A stretch of DNA of 63,136 bases, counting the filler, from Anaerolineae bacterium (lineage in GTDB: Bacteria; Chloroflexota; Anaerolineae; B4-G1; DUEL01): NCBI GenBank assembly GCA_041082215.1. It is 8 parts of 8 records of this genome, joined end to end, with 100 filler letters (N's around TTAATTAATTAA, not from the genome) between each part and the next. Parts side by side here need not be neighbours in the genome. Positions count along the whole stretch, not along the records: positions 6,820 to 29,231 come from JBDOIF010000061.1; 7 more parts are not named here. One strand, 5' to 3'. The position numbers were made by a program, and so were the translations under genes. The notes beneath the pieces were generated by a model, which was not told the origin of the DNA, made no database searches, and saw nothing but the letters and a program-made list of their open reading frames with translations. Positions within the stretch are counted from its first letter, which is position 1, and each line of letters starts with the position of its first letter. Of the stretch, positions 17,128 through 26,644 are shown piece after piece.

Positions 17128-19520
17128 CAGCGCTGCCCCTTCATCCGGATCGAGAGATTACCGATAAACGTCGGTGTGGCATCGGCCTGAACCTTCACGC
17201 GGACGAGGCCCGCCGGAGAGACGACTGCGTCCGGACGGGGAACGGTCTGCCAGCCCGGGCTTCTGCCCACCTCCACCCATTCCTCCTTCTCCCAATCCCA
17301 CACCGAGATGGTCGGCAGGCCATCCCCCTCGAACCGGATCGCCATCTCCTCCACCTGCGTCATCCGCATCGGGGTCCAGGGCATACAGGAAAAGAGCCTG
17401 CTCTGGTGGGGGTCAAGGGAGAGGCTTTTCCAGGCCTCCTCGTCTTCTGGCACGCAGGAGATGAAGCTGGGCGGGACGGTAAAGCCCACGCTGGTTTCAT
17501 GCACCGTCACCGGCAGGTCATAGATATACAGGGCGGTCACCCGCTGGCGGGAAGGCCGGTCCACCACTTCTACCGTCGGCGGGGCCTCCTCCCCCCAGCC
17601 GACCAGATGCACGCCCGGCCCCAGCCCCGCATCCCCGTATGGGAAGAGGGCCATGAGGAACTGGGCCTTCCGGTACAGCTCCGCGTCGTTCCAGTAATCC
17701 TCCGTCCCCAGAACCCGCCCCGGCAGCGTGTTCAGGCCGTAGGGAACGCCGAAAAGAGGGGCGCTGCCCGGAGAGACCATCGCCGAGGAGTAGAGGTCCA
17801 GCCGGACGGCGACCTCCGCCCCTGGCTCCAGGTCGCCCAGACGCTGCTCCTCAGAGCCGACCAGGAGCACGGCGTCGGTCAGGCGGACGGCGCCGTTGCG
17901 GATCGTCCCTTCCAGCCTGAACCCACCTTCGCTGATAGACTCCATTTGCAGGCTGGCGTCCACCGAAGAGACGCCTGTATACCCCTCGGCGATGAAGGGC
18001 CGGATGCCGCCTATATCCACCTGTATCCCGACAACGCGGCTCCCCTCTGCTTCCTGGAGGACGTACAGGGGGGAGGCGGCATAGGGAGCGTAGCCGGGGA
18101 GGATGTAGAAGTCCCACTCCGTCTCACAGGCCATCGCCCCATCAACCCGCAGGTCATATGTGGTGCGGCGGGGGGAGAACAGGCCCACCGCTGTCGTCAC
18201 CCGGCCCACATCGGTCCCAGCCGGCACGCGCACGGCGGTGAGACGGTGGACAATGGGCGTGCGCCCTCGAATCTGAAGGCCGGTCCCATAGGCGAAAGCA
18301 GTGAAAACCCCGACCAGGAGAAGGATCGTTATCCAGGCCAGCTCCCGCCGGTCCAGCTTTTTCAGCACCAGATAGTTGACGGGGCCGATCAGAACGGTGT
18401 ACACCATCATAAAGGCCAGCAGGTGAAGGACAGAGGGGGCGACCAGATCGGGGATAGAGTTAACGGCAGTCCACGCTGCATATCCCTCCCCGAAGCTGAG
18501 GCGCACATCGGACGAGGCGGCCGTATCGAGGAGGAAGGACCACAGGCGGGTGGCTTCCTCCCACCGTACAAAGAGGTCCGCCCCTGTCCCAAAGGCCAGG
18601 AAGTCCACCGTGCCTGCCCCGTAGATGCGACGGGCCACCAGCGGAAGGCCATCCTGCTCCAGAAGAACCTCTCCATCGCGCAGGACCGATTCGGCGACAG
18701 CGTAAGGGCCGGGCGCGAGCTGGCCCCCCAGCCGCAGGGAGAGCGCCTCCAGGCTGTCCACCGATCGGACAGCCCCCACCGTCACCGGCAGGAGATCGGC
18801 GATGCCGGCGGCAGTTTGGGCCGCGCCCCCTCCCCCGCTTACGATCAGATGCCCGCCGTGGGCAACCCAGGCCTCCATCGCCCACCGCTGCTCCAGAGAG
18901 AGGGCTGAGGTATCCACGTCGTCCAGCACCACCACATCCACCCCCTCCCATCCCAGGGGGTCGGGGGGCAGGTTTTCCGGCAGGACGTAGGCCACATAGC
19001 CTCTTCTGGCGGGAGGGGCCACATCGGCCAGGAAATTCAGATTTTCCCTTCCGCGCCCAACGACCGCATAAAGCCGGTCTGCCTCGACGACGGCGCGGAG
19101 GGAGAACTCCTGCTCGGCCAGGACATCCCCCCCGGCGATCAGGCGCAGCTTCCAGCGGGAGGACCAGCGGAGCGAGGGGAGGTAGAGGAAGTAAGCTTTG
19201 CGGGAGTGAGAGGGAAGGGAGACCGCCCTGGCGCCGGCCGGGCGGTTGGAGGAGGAGGCGTAGGACTCAACGATGTGCAGCTCTCCCTCAATATCCGGCC
19301 CCTCATTGGCCAGAAGGACCTGGACGGGGCACCACGCACTGCGGCGGCAGTATCCATCGAAGCCGGCGACAACGGCCATCGAAAGCTCCCCGCCCTGAGC
19401 AGCAGCGCCCCGCCCCGGAGGGATCAACAGGACGAGAAGCAAAAGGGGAACCACCGCAAAGCGAGAGCAACGAGAGATCCTCCTGCTTCCACAGGCTACA
19501 GATCGGAGTTCCGCTTTCAT
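17127..19520 (-). CDS. Large membrane/exported hypothetical protein (GATase1-like domain plus central TM pair), first gene of ABC/MoxR operon
   Basis: Signal-like LLLLVLLIPPGRGAAA; 'DVVVLDD..W..HGGHLIV.GG'; 'YTVLIGPVNYLVLKKLDRRELAW'; start uncertain (19520 or 19547). Confidence 0.75.
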   Translation of the reverse strand: MKAELRSVACGSRRISRCSRFAVVPLLLLVLLIPPGRGAAAQGGELSMAVVAGFDGYCRRSAWCPVQVLLANEGPDIEGELHIVESYASSSNRPAGARAVSLPSHSRKAYFLYLPSLRWSSRWKLRLIAGGDVLAEQEFSLRAVVEADRLYAVVGRGRENLNFLADVAPPARRGYVAYVLPENLPPDPLGWEGVDVVVLDDVDTSALSLEQRWAMEAWVAHGGHLIVSGGGGAAQTAAGIADLLPVTVGAVRSVDSLEALSLRLGGQLAPGPYAVAESVLRDGEVLLEQDGLPLVARRIYGAGTVDFLAFGTGADLFVRWEEATRLWSFLLDTAASSDVRLSFGEGYAAWTAVNSIPDLVAPSVLHLLAFMMVYTVLIGPVNYLVLKKLDRRELAWITILLLVGVFTAFAYGTGLQIRGRTPIVHRLTAVRVPAGTDVGRVTTAVGLFSPRRTTYDLRVDGAMACETEWDFYILPGYAPYAASPLYVLQEAEGSRVVGIQVDIGGIRPFIAEGYTGVSSVDASLQMESISEGGFRLEGTIRNGAVRLTDAVLLVGSEEQRLGDLEPGAEVAVRLDLYSSAMVSPGSAPLFGVPYGLNTLPGRVLGTEDYWNDAELYRKAQFLMALFPYGDAGLGPGVHLVGWGEEAPPTVEVVDRPSRQRVTALYIYDLPVTVHETSVGFTVPPSFISCVPEDEEAWKSLSLDPHQSRLFSCMPWTPMRMTQVEEMAIRFEGDGLPTISVWDWEKEEWVEVGRSPGWQTVPRPDAVVSPAGLVRVKVQADATPTFIGNLSIRMKGQR

Positions 19521-19931
19521 AAACGATAGTATGGACTGAAACGGCATATTCTTGCTTGACGAACGGGCGTCTATTCGCCTACAGATGGGGTACGCCGAAC
19601 TGCATAATAAAAAATTATAGCACACTTCGGGGACTTTGCACCCTGATCCCGACATTTTGGGCAGCGTGGGGCCCCGCACGGGCCGGGATGACAGGCTTCC
19701 GTGGGGAACGGGTAATCCGTCACTGGCGCAAAATTCCAGTCTGTGGCAAAATATATCCCTGGGTGGCTCCAACAGGTCCGGTAGCTTCAGAGCCCACCTG
19801 GCCAGCTCGATATCGCTGGCATTTCGACACCCCCCCGGGCGTCGTCCTGAGAGGGGGTTCAACGTGCGAAGGGCGGTTTCGCCCAACATAGACCGATCCG
19901 TTCCCTATTCTCGTGCGAAGGGGGTCAGAGT

Positions 19932-20504
19932 ATGAAAGAGGTAGTCGAGATTCGCTGGCATGGCCGGGGAGGGCAGGGGGTCGTTACCGCCGGCAAGCTC
20001 CTGGCCGAGACCGCCCTGGGCACCGGTCAGTACTTCCAGGCTTTCCCCGACTACGGGCCAGAGCGAATGGGCGCGCCCATCCGCTCCTATACCCGCATCA
20101 GCAAGAAACCCATCACCATCCACTCCCAGATCGAACACCCCGACATCGTCCTGGTGCTGGACCCCACCCTCCTGGGCGCGGTGCCGGTGACGGAGGGGCT
20201 GAAGGAAGAAGGAATCCTGCTGGTCAATACCCCGATGTCCCCCCAGGAGGTCCGGCAGATCACCGGATTCCGCACTGGCAAGGTCTTCACGGTGGATGCC
20301 AGCCACATCGCCATCGAAGAGATCGGCAGGGAGATCACCAACACCCCGATGCTGGGAGCCTTCGCCCGCGCTACGGGCCTTTTCGACCTGGACGCGCTGG
20401 AGGAGCAGGTCCGCCACTGGTTCGGCGAAAAGGTCAGCCCCGGGGTTGTGGAGTCCAACATCCGGGCCCTGAAGCGGGCGGCGAGGGAAGTGGTGGAGGG
20501 ATAA
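19932..20504 (+). CDS. porC: Pyruvate/2-oxoacid:ferredoxin oxidoreductase gamma subunit
   Basis: EIRWHGRGGQG; YGPERMGAP; NTPMLGA. Confidence 0.92.
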   Translation: MKEVVEIRWHGRGGQGVVTAGKLLAETALGTGQYFQAFPDYGPERMGAPIRSYTRISKKPITIHSQIEHPDIVLVLDPTLLGAVPVTEGLKEEGILLVNTPMSPQEVRQITGFRTGKVFTVDASHIAIEEIGREITNTPMLGAFARATGLFDLDALEEQVRHWFGEKVSPGVVESNIRALKRAAREVVEG

Positions 20505-20557
20505 AATACGGAATACGCAATACGCAATACGTAATTCGTATTCCGTGTTCCGTGATT
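20504..20557. repeat. Inverted heptamer array (TACGCAA family)
   Basis: AATACGG AATACGC AATACGC AATACGT then CGTATTC CGTGTTC; family recurs at 50430, 53580, 55662. Confidence 0.7.
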
Positions 20558-20577
20558 CTACGGAAGGAGCAAGCAGA

Positions 20578-20928
20578 ATGGCAAAACCGAAAGGTTGGCG
20601 AGAGATCCCCATCGGCGGGATGATTCTGGAAGCGGGCAACGCGGTGCAGTACCTCACCGGCGGCTGGCGGGCCTTCCGACCGGTCTTCGGTGAGGCGGAG
20701 TGCATCCACTGCTTTCAGTGCTGGTTGTTCTGTCCCGATTCCAGCATTCTGGTGGATCCGGAAAATCAGAAAATGCTCGGCTTCGACCTGGATCACTGTA
20801 AGGGGTGCGGCATCTGCGCCTCAGTCTGCCCGGTCAACTCCAAAGTGATCCGCCAGGCGGGAGAGAAACTGAACCGGGACGACCCCCGCCTTTGCATCCG
20901 AATGGTAGAAGAAGGCAAAGCGGAGTAG
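20578..20928 (+). CDS. porD: 2-oxoacid:ferredoxin oxidoreductase delta subunit (2x[4Fe-4S])
   Basis: TGGWR..RP; CIHCFQCWLFCP; CKGCGICASVCP; AAGGAG RBS. Confidence 0.92.
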   Translation: MAKPKGWREIPIGGMILEAGNAVQYLTGGWRAFRPVFGEAECIHCFQCWLFCPDSSILVDPENQKMLGFDLDHCKGCGICASVCPVNSKVIRQAGEKLNRDDPRLCIRMVEEGKAE

Positions 20929-20959
20929 CGCAGGATTCATCCTGCAGTGGAGGAGTCCA

Positions 20960-22147
20960 ATGAGCAAATACGAAGCGCTTACCGGAGACCAGGCAGTCGC
21001 CACGGCCATGCGCCAGATCAACCCCGACGTGGTCGCTGCCTATCCCATCACTCCTCAGACGGAGACGGTAGAATTCTTCGCCGAATTCGTGGCGGATGGA
21101 CTGGTGGACACGGAATTTGTCACTGTGGAGAGCGAGCACTCGGCGATGAGCGCCTGCGTTGGGGCCTCGGCGGCCGGGGCGCGGGTGATGACCGCTACCA
21201 GCGCCAACGGCCTGGCTCTCATGTGGGAGATTGTCTATATCGCCGCCTCCCTGCGTTGCCCCATCGTGATGAGCCTGGTCAACCGTGCCCTCTCCGGCCC
21301 CATCAACATCCACTGCGACCACTCCGACGTGATGGGCATGCGCGATAGCGGCTGGATCATCCTCTTCTCCGAAAACGGCCAGGAGGCCTACGACAACGTC
21401 ATCCAGGCGGTGCGGATCGCCGAACACCCCGACGTCCTCCTCCCCGTGGCCGTCTGCCAGGACGGCTTCATCACCAGCCACGCTATGGAACGGGTGGAGG
21501 TCTACGACGACCAGGCGGTGAAATCCTTTATCGGGACCTACCGTCCCCGCTGGTCGCTTCTGGACCTGGAGCATCCCAAGACATACGGGCCGCTCGACTT
21601 CTATGACTATTATTACGAGCACAAGCGGCAGCAGGTGGAGGCGATGGAACACGCCCACCGCGTCGTCCAGGAGGTGGCGGCGGAGTTCAACGGCAGGTTC
21701 AATCGCAACTATGGCCTCTTCGAGCCGTACCGGCTGGAGGACGCCGAGGTGGCCGTGGTCGTCGTCAACTCCACCGCCGGCACGGCCAAGACGGTGGTGG
21801 ATCAGCTCCGCGCCGAGGGCCTAAAGGTAGGGCTGCTCAAGCCTCGCGTCTTCCGCCCCTTCCCGGCAAAGGAACTGGCCGACGCCCTGCGCCATCTGAA
21901 GGCGGTGGCAGTGATGGACCGGGCCATCTCCTTCGGTTCGATGAACAACGGCGGCCCCCTCTTCCTGGAGACACTGGCCGCGCTGGCCCTCCACGGCGTG
22001 CACATCCCTACGGCCGACTACATCTTCGGCCTGGGCGGACGGGACATCCTGCCGAGGGAGATCGAGTCGGTCTACCGGGACCTGCTCCGCATAGCGGAGA
22101 CGGGCAGGGTGGAGCGAGTGGTGACGTATCTGAGCGTGAGGGAGTAG
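20960..22147 (+). CDS. porA: 2-oxoacid:ferredoxin oxidoreductase alpha subunit
   Basis: AAYPITPQT; VESEHSAM; NRALSGPINIHCDHSD. Confidence 0.95.
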   Translation: MSKYEALTGDQAVATAMRQINPDVVAAYPITPQTETVEFFAEFVADGLVDTEFVTVESEHSAMSACVGASAAGARVMTATSANGLALMWEIVYIAASLRCPIVMSLVNRALSGPINIHCDHSDVMGMRDSGWIILFSENGQEAYDNVIQAVRIAEHPDVLLPVAVCQDGFITSHAMERVEVYDDQAVKSFIGTYRPRWSLLDLEHPKTYGPLDFYDYYYEHKRQQVEAMEHAHRVVQEVAAEFNGRFNRNYGLFEPYRLEDAEVAVVVVNSTAGTAKTVVDQLRAEGLKVGLLKPRVFRPFPAKELADALRHLKAVAVMDRAISFGSMNNGGPLFLETLAALALHGVHIPTADYIFGLGGRDILPREIESVYRDLLRIAETGRVERVVTYLSVRE

Positions 22148-22151
22148 GAAG

Positions 22152-23084
22152 ATGCCGACCAAGTTAATCCCCAAAGAGCTGATCAAACAGCCGGTCCGTC
22201 TGACACCGGGCCACCGGCTTTGCGCGGGCTGCGGAGCCCCCATCATCTTCCGGCAGATGCTGGCAGCGATTGACGAGCCGGTCGTCATCGCCAACGCCAC
22301 GGGCTGCCTGGAGGTGGCCACGACCATCTATCCCTACACGGCGTGGAACGTGCCCTGGATCCACAACGCCTTCGAGAACGCCGCCGCCACCATCAGCGGC
22401 GTCGAGGCGGCCTACCGCAGCCTGGTCCGCCAGGGGAAGCTCCCTGAGCAGGACGTGAAGTTCATCGCTATCGGCGGCGACGGCGGCACCTACGACATCG
22501 GCCTCCAGGCCCTCTCCGGCGCAGCCGAACGCGGCCACCAGTTCCTCTACGTCTGTTACGACAACGGGGCCTATATGAACACCGGCATCCAGCGCTCCAG
22601 CGCCACCCCCCTTGGCGCCCACACCACCACCTCGCCGGCTGGCAAGAAGATCCCCGGCAAGCAGCAGTTCCGCAAGGACCTGACCGCCATCATGGCTGCC
22701 CATAACATCCCCTACGTGGCCCAGGCCGCCCCCAGCCAGTGGAAGGACCTGATGGAAAAGACCCGCAAGGCGGTCAACTGCGGCGGTCCTGCCTTCATGA
22801 ATGTCCTCTCTTCCTGCAACCGGGGCTGGCGCCACGCCACCGATGAGACCATCGAGATCACCCAACTGGCGGTGGATACCTGCTACTGGCCCCTCTACGA
22901 GGTGGAGAACGGCGTCTGGCGGCTCACCTACAAGCCAAAGGAGAAGCTGCCTGTGGAGGAGTGGCTGAAACGGCAGGGCCGGTTCCGCCATCTTTTCCAG
23001 CCGGAAAACCGACACCTGATCGCCGAGTTCCAGGCAGAGGTGGACCGCCGCTGGGAGTGGTTGCTGCGCCTCTGCGGAGAGTAA
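22152..23084 (+). CDS. porB: 2-oxoacid:ferredoxin oxidoreductase beta subunit (TPP-binding)
   Basis: GHRLCAGCG; ATGC; GGDGGTYDIG; YDNGAYMNTGIQRS. Confidence 0.95.
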   Translation: MPTKLIPKELIKQPVRLTPGHRLCAGCGAPIIFRQMLAAIDEPVVIANATGCLEVATTIYPYTAWNVPWIHNAFENAAATISGVEAAYRSLVRQGKLPEQDVKFIAIGGDGGTYDIGLQALSGAAERGHQFLYVCYDNGAYMNTGIQRSSATPLGAHTTTSPAGKKIPGKQQFRKDLTAIMAAHNIPYVAQAAPSQWKDLMEKTRKAVNCGGPAFMNVLSSCNRGWRHATDETIEITQLAVDTCYWPLYEVENGVWRLTYKPKEKLPVEEWLKRQGRFRHLFQPENRHLIAEFQAEVDRRWEWLLRLCGE

Positions 23085-23096
23085 CCCCCTCTTCCC

Positions 23097-23147
23097 AAAA
23101 GAACGGCTGCCCTGTGGCTCCTTTGGACCCCAGGGCAGCCGTTTTTC
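23097..23147. terminator. Probable bidirectional intrinsic terminator
   Basis: AACGGCTGCCCTG...CAGGGCAGCCGTT stem flanked by A-run and T-run between convergent genes. Confidence 0.75.
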
Positions 23148-23173
23148 AACAGGCGCTTCGCAACAGCCCGCTC

Positions 23174-24304
23174 TCAGGGCCGCTTCGGCGGGTTGGACCG
23201 CTCCGGGTGTACCGGGCGTTCAGGGCGTTCGGGCTGCTCCGGATGCTGGGGATGTTCAGGGTGCTCCGGATGTTCAGGGTGCTGGGGCTGCTCCGGACGT
23301 TCAGGGGTCGAGGGATGCTCCGGCTGCTCCGGACGTTCAGGGGTCGAGGGATGCTCCGGCTGTTCCGGCAGGTCTGGGCCCTGAGGGGAGGTGGGGTGCC
23401 GGGGGCGCTCCGAACGTGTTTCCGGCTTCTCCGGTGATTGCTGGGAGGGGGATGGGGTGAGAGTGGGGCGTGCGATGATGGGAGGCCGATCGGGCCAGAC
23501 GGTAGCTTCCTGCCCGGCACCCACCGCAACAACGCTCTGGCGTGCCGCTACTTCCACCACCCCCTCGACAACGACCACCTGGGTGCTGCCGTCTGGTCCG
23601 ACGACAACGGCGAACTCCGTCCCCCGTACCGCCGCTGTGGCTGCGGGCGTTTCGATCTTGAAGCAGGACTCCCCACCCGGCAGCGGCCGGACACGGTTGT
23701 AGGTCCGGCCTGATTCCTGATAAAGGACGATCGCCACACTCTCCTGCTGCGAATTCATCTCAAGGATCGCCATCTCCGTGCCGGCCTCAAGCCCCGTCAG
23801 GCTCCCGTCGAAGAACGCCAGCGTAGCCCTAGAAAGCGAACCAGTGCGCACCCGGTCCCCTGCCTCCAGCCGCTCGCCAGCCGACACCTCCCGCCATGCA
23901 TCGCCACCGGCGGGCAGGACCTCCACAATGCCCTCAGCCTGGATCAGAGTAGCGGCCTGAACAACGCCCCTTTCGGGCCGGGAAAGGAGAAAGAGGCCAC
24001 CGACGGTGACCAGGACCAGCGCCAGGGCAAACGCCAGGGCCCGTGGAAGCCAGACCCTGCGGCGGAAAGGAGCGGGCTTCTCCCTCCTGGCCAGCGCCTC
24101 CAGCATCCGCTGCTTCCCGGCGGCAAACGCAGCCGCCCGACCGACCGGCTGGGGCATGCGGCGCACCTGGCGGGCGATCTCCAGCAGGGGCCTCAGGTCA
24201 TCCGCATACTCTGGATAGCGGACCAGGCACTCCTCTACCGTGGCCCCCTCCCGCTCTAAGAGGACCAGGCATTCCTCCAGTGCTTCACTCAGGCCCCGCT
24301 TCAT
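23174..24304 (-). CDS. Putative anti-sigma factor with FecR domain and Pro/Glu/His-rich repeat tail
   Basis: N-terminal 'ALEECL..L..CL.RYPEYA..LRPLL'; one TM; FecR-like 'GDRVRTG..FFDGS..ETPAATAAVRGTEF'; PEHP/PEQP repeats; downstream of ECF sigma. Confidence 0.78.
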   Translation of the reverse strand: MKRGLSEALEECLVLLEREGATVEECLVRYPEYADDLRPLLEIARQVRRMPQPVGRAAAFAAGKQRMLEALARREKPAPFRRRVWLPRALAFALALVLVTVGGLFLLSRPERGVVQAATLIQAEGIVEVLPAGGDAWREVSAGERLEAGDRVRTGSLSRATLAFFDGSLTGLEAGTEMAILEMNSQQESVAIVLYQESGRTYNRVRPLPGGESCFKIETPAATAAVRGTEFAVVVGPDGSTQVVVVEGVVEVAARQSVVAVGAGQEATVWPDRPPIIARPTLTPSPSQQSPEKPETRSERPRHPTSPQGPDLPEQPEHPSTPERPEQPEHPSTPERPEQPQHPEHPEHPEHPQHPEQPERPERPVHPERSNPPKRP

Positions 24305-24651
24305 TCCTGCCTGTCCCCTGCCAAACCCTTGCCCCACAGACCAGACGGTTGGGACGGATCGGTATCTGGCTCCCCGGCTGGGGAGTTACACTCTGCCCTG
24401 ATTTTATCCATAAAGCTCACCAGTTCCGCCTCCAACCATCTCCACGAACGATCAGGTATAAGGCCTCCCTCCAGCATCCCCTCCAAAGCCGCGATCCGCG
24501 CCTCCGCAATAGCAACCATATGTTGCCGCATCTCCTTGCTCAGGTCCATCTCGGTCAGCAATTCCAGGCAGGCCAACAGGATCACATATTCCCGCTCCGG
24601 CGATGGTGGGAGAACAGGACGACCCCCGCCCCCTCTTGAGAAAAATTCCAT
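24301..24651 (-). CDS. Small hypothetical protein
   Basis: GGAGGG RBS before MEFF; stop overlaps anti-sigma start (ATGA). Confidence 0.5.
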   Translation of the reverse strand: MEFFSRGGGGRPVLPPSPEREYVILLACLELLTEMDLSKEMRQHMVAIAEARIAALEGMLEGGLIPDRSWRWLEAELVSFMDKIRAECNSPAGEPDTDPSQPSGLWGKGLAGDRQE

Positions 24652-24746
24652 TGATCCCTCCCGCAACCCCAGGCCTCTTCTCGCCCCACAATAACTATCA
24701 TTATTGTTTAACGGAGAACAAAGGCCTGGGATACGGGGCGCCTGCT

Positions 24747-25283
24747 CTAATCCTCCTCCAGAATCCGCCGCAGGGCCGCCAGCGCCCGGTGCTGCAATGC
24801 TTTGACCGCACCGACCGACCGGCCCAGTATGCGGGCCACGGCCTCGCCATCCAGCCCCTCAACGAACCGCAGGAGGATCACCCGACGCTGCTCCTCCGTG
24901 AGCCGGGCGATTGCAGCGGCCAGCCTCTCCTGTGTCAACGTCTGCTCGAGGGCCTTCTCTGGAGCATCCCCGTCCGCCACGAGCCGCCCATTCAGGGGCA
25001 CCGTGGGGAGCTGCCCAGCTCGCCGGTAGTGGTCCGTGACGACGTTGCGGGCGATGGTGTACAGCCAGGCCAGCAGCGGGCGGCCCCGGTAGGTAAAGCG
25101 GCCAATGTTCTCCACCACCCGGACAAAGACCTCGGCAGTGAGGTCCTCCGCCGTCGCCACATCCTCCACCCGGTAGAAAGTGTAACGATAAACGAAGGGA
25201 TAATACCGCTCGTATATCTCGACAAACGCAGCCGGGTCCCCCTCCTTTGCCCGCTGGATCAGGCGCTCTTCTTCCTGAAACAT
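24747..25283 (-). CDS. ECF RNA polymerase sigma-70 factor
   Basis: AEDLTAEVF; AWLYTIARN; region 4 'VARILGRSVGAVKALQHRA'. Confidence 0.95.
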   Translation of the reverse strand: MFQEEERLIQRAKEGDPAAFVEIYERYYPFVYRYTFYRVEDVATAEDLTAEVFVRVVENIGRFTYRGRPLLAWLYTIARNVVTDHYRRAGQLPTVPLNGRLVADGDAPEKALEQTLTQERLAAAIARLTEEQRRVILLRFVEGLDGEAVARILGRSVGAVKALQHRALAALRRILEED

Positions 25284-25464
25284 TCCCTTCGCCTCCGCTG
25301 CGACAGATGGACACTATAACATAGTTGGGCAGAGATGCAAGGAGCAGCGGTCAGGCCGGAGTAGGACCTGAGTCCTGCCGTCGGGGCGTATCCGCTGGCT
25401 CCGCTTCCCGTTATACCTGGTGAGCAGGAAAGTTACGGCAATATTTCAAGAAAGGAGGCACAGC

Positions 25465-26385
25465 ATGCACAGAGGCAAAAAGGTCATCGTCTCTATACTG
25501 GTTCTGACCCTCACCCTGGCACTCACAGCTCCCATCGCCGCCCAGGAGGGTCAGGAAGAGGACATCCCCCCGTGTGCGGGGGAAAGCGTCGCCGGTACAG
25601 TTGTAGCTGTGGATGAGGAGACAGGGACTGTGACGGTTTACACCGGCGCCTCCCTCTGTACGGTGACGCTGGAGGCCGAGTACGATCATCCGATCGTCGC
25701 TCTGCTGGGGATGTATTTCGGCGATATCCACGTCGAGACCCTGGCGGCCGCTCTGGAGGCTACCCAGGGCTGTGCCCTCTACGATGCGACAAGCGACGCG
25801 TGGGCCTGGGCCGACTGTGACGCTGAGGGTGCTGTCCCCATCACGGTAGTCGGCGCAAACCAGGACGGCACATTCACCGCCTCGGCCACTATAGGTGGTG
25901 AAGTGGTCAGCATCACCGTCGCCGTCGAAGACCCGGACGTGGCTGACGGCCTGAACGATGCACTGGCCACCCTCACGGTCACCTGGGAGCTGGATGTGGA
26001 TGGCAGCGTCATCCAGGTCGGCGACCAGATCGCCGCCTATCACGAGGCAGGCCTGGGCTTTGGCGAACTGGTCAAACTGTACGCTATCGCTGCCATCTCA
26101 GGCGTGCCGGTGGAGGAACTGGTCGCCGCTTTTCAGTCCGGGGTCGGTATGGGGGAGCTGTTCAAGGAATATGGCCGCCCCTCCGTGCTTGGAGTGGGCC
26201 ACCTCCGGGATAAAAACGACGGACGGCACGAGCGGGCAGGCAGCCCGCCCGACCACGCCAGCCCGCCTGACCATGCCGGCCCGCCTGACCACGCCGGCCC
26301 ACCCGACCATGCCGGCCCGCCTGACCACGCCGGCCCCTCCGATCACGCCGGGCCGTCGGGTCACCAAGGCTCCAAGAACAAGTGA
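25465..26385 (+). CDS. Secreted acidic hypothetical protein with C-terminal (PPDHAG)n repeats
   Basis: AAGGAGG RBS; signal peptide ending AAQ; 'GLGFGELVKLY'; six PxDHAx repeats (18-bp DNA repeat ~26245-26352). Confidence 0.8.
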   Translation: MHRGKKVIVSILVLTLTLALTAPIAAQEGQEEDIPPCAGESVAGTVVAVDEETGTVTVYTGASLCTVTLEAEYDHPIVALLGMYFGDIHVETLAAALEATQGCALYDATSDAWAWADCDAEGAVPITVVGANQDGTFTASATIGGEVVSITVAVEDPDVADGLNDALATLTVTWELDVDGSVIQVGDQIAAYHEAGLGFGELVKLYAIAAISGVPVEELVAAFQSGVGMGELFKEYGRPSVLGVGHLRDKNDGRHERAGSPPDHASPPDHAGPPDHAGPPDHAGPPDHAGPSDHAGPSGHQGSKNK

Positions 26386-26411
26386 TCAGCTTACGGCCTG
26401 CACTGAATAAC

Positions 26412-26447
26412 GGCTGGGGGGCAGCAATGCTGCCCCCCGCCAGCTTT
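26412..26447 (+). terminator. Probable intrinsic terminator hairpin
   Basis: GGGGGGCAGC..GCTGCCCCCC stem after the 25465 gene, short T tail. Confidence 0.5.
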
Positions 26448-26644
26448 AACCTGCCTGGCCAGCCATCACTTGACTTTCCATCTGGACTGGTGCATAAGCC
26501 TTTCCTGTGATGCCCTTTTCCCTTGCTCCTGAAGGCGATTACCGGCATATCCCTGCGCCGGGCAAGGTGGAGTTTGTCTGGCGGGCAGGCGAGAGGCCGG
26601 TCCTGGTACAGGTGCGGTCGGCCCGATAGGAAACGGCTGCCGGA

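Noticed and set aside
19521..19889. N-terminal 120 aa of the 920-aa ORF
   Set aside because: Precedes the signal-peptide-like segment and spans the AT-richer divergent promoter region; likely not translated
23193..23384. Cys-rich (CSG)n ORF, metallothionein-like
   Set aside because: Antisense translation of the PEH/PEQ repeats of the anti-sigma gene
26245..26352. 18-bp repeats as a CRISPR or regulatory array
   Set aside because: In-frame coding repeats (PPDHAG) that vary mostly at synonymous positions
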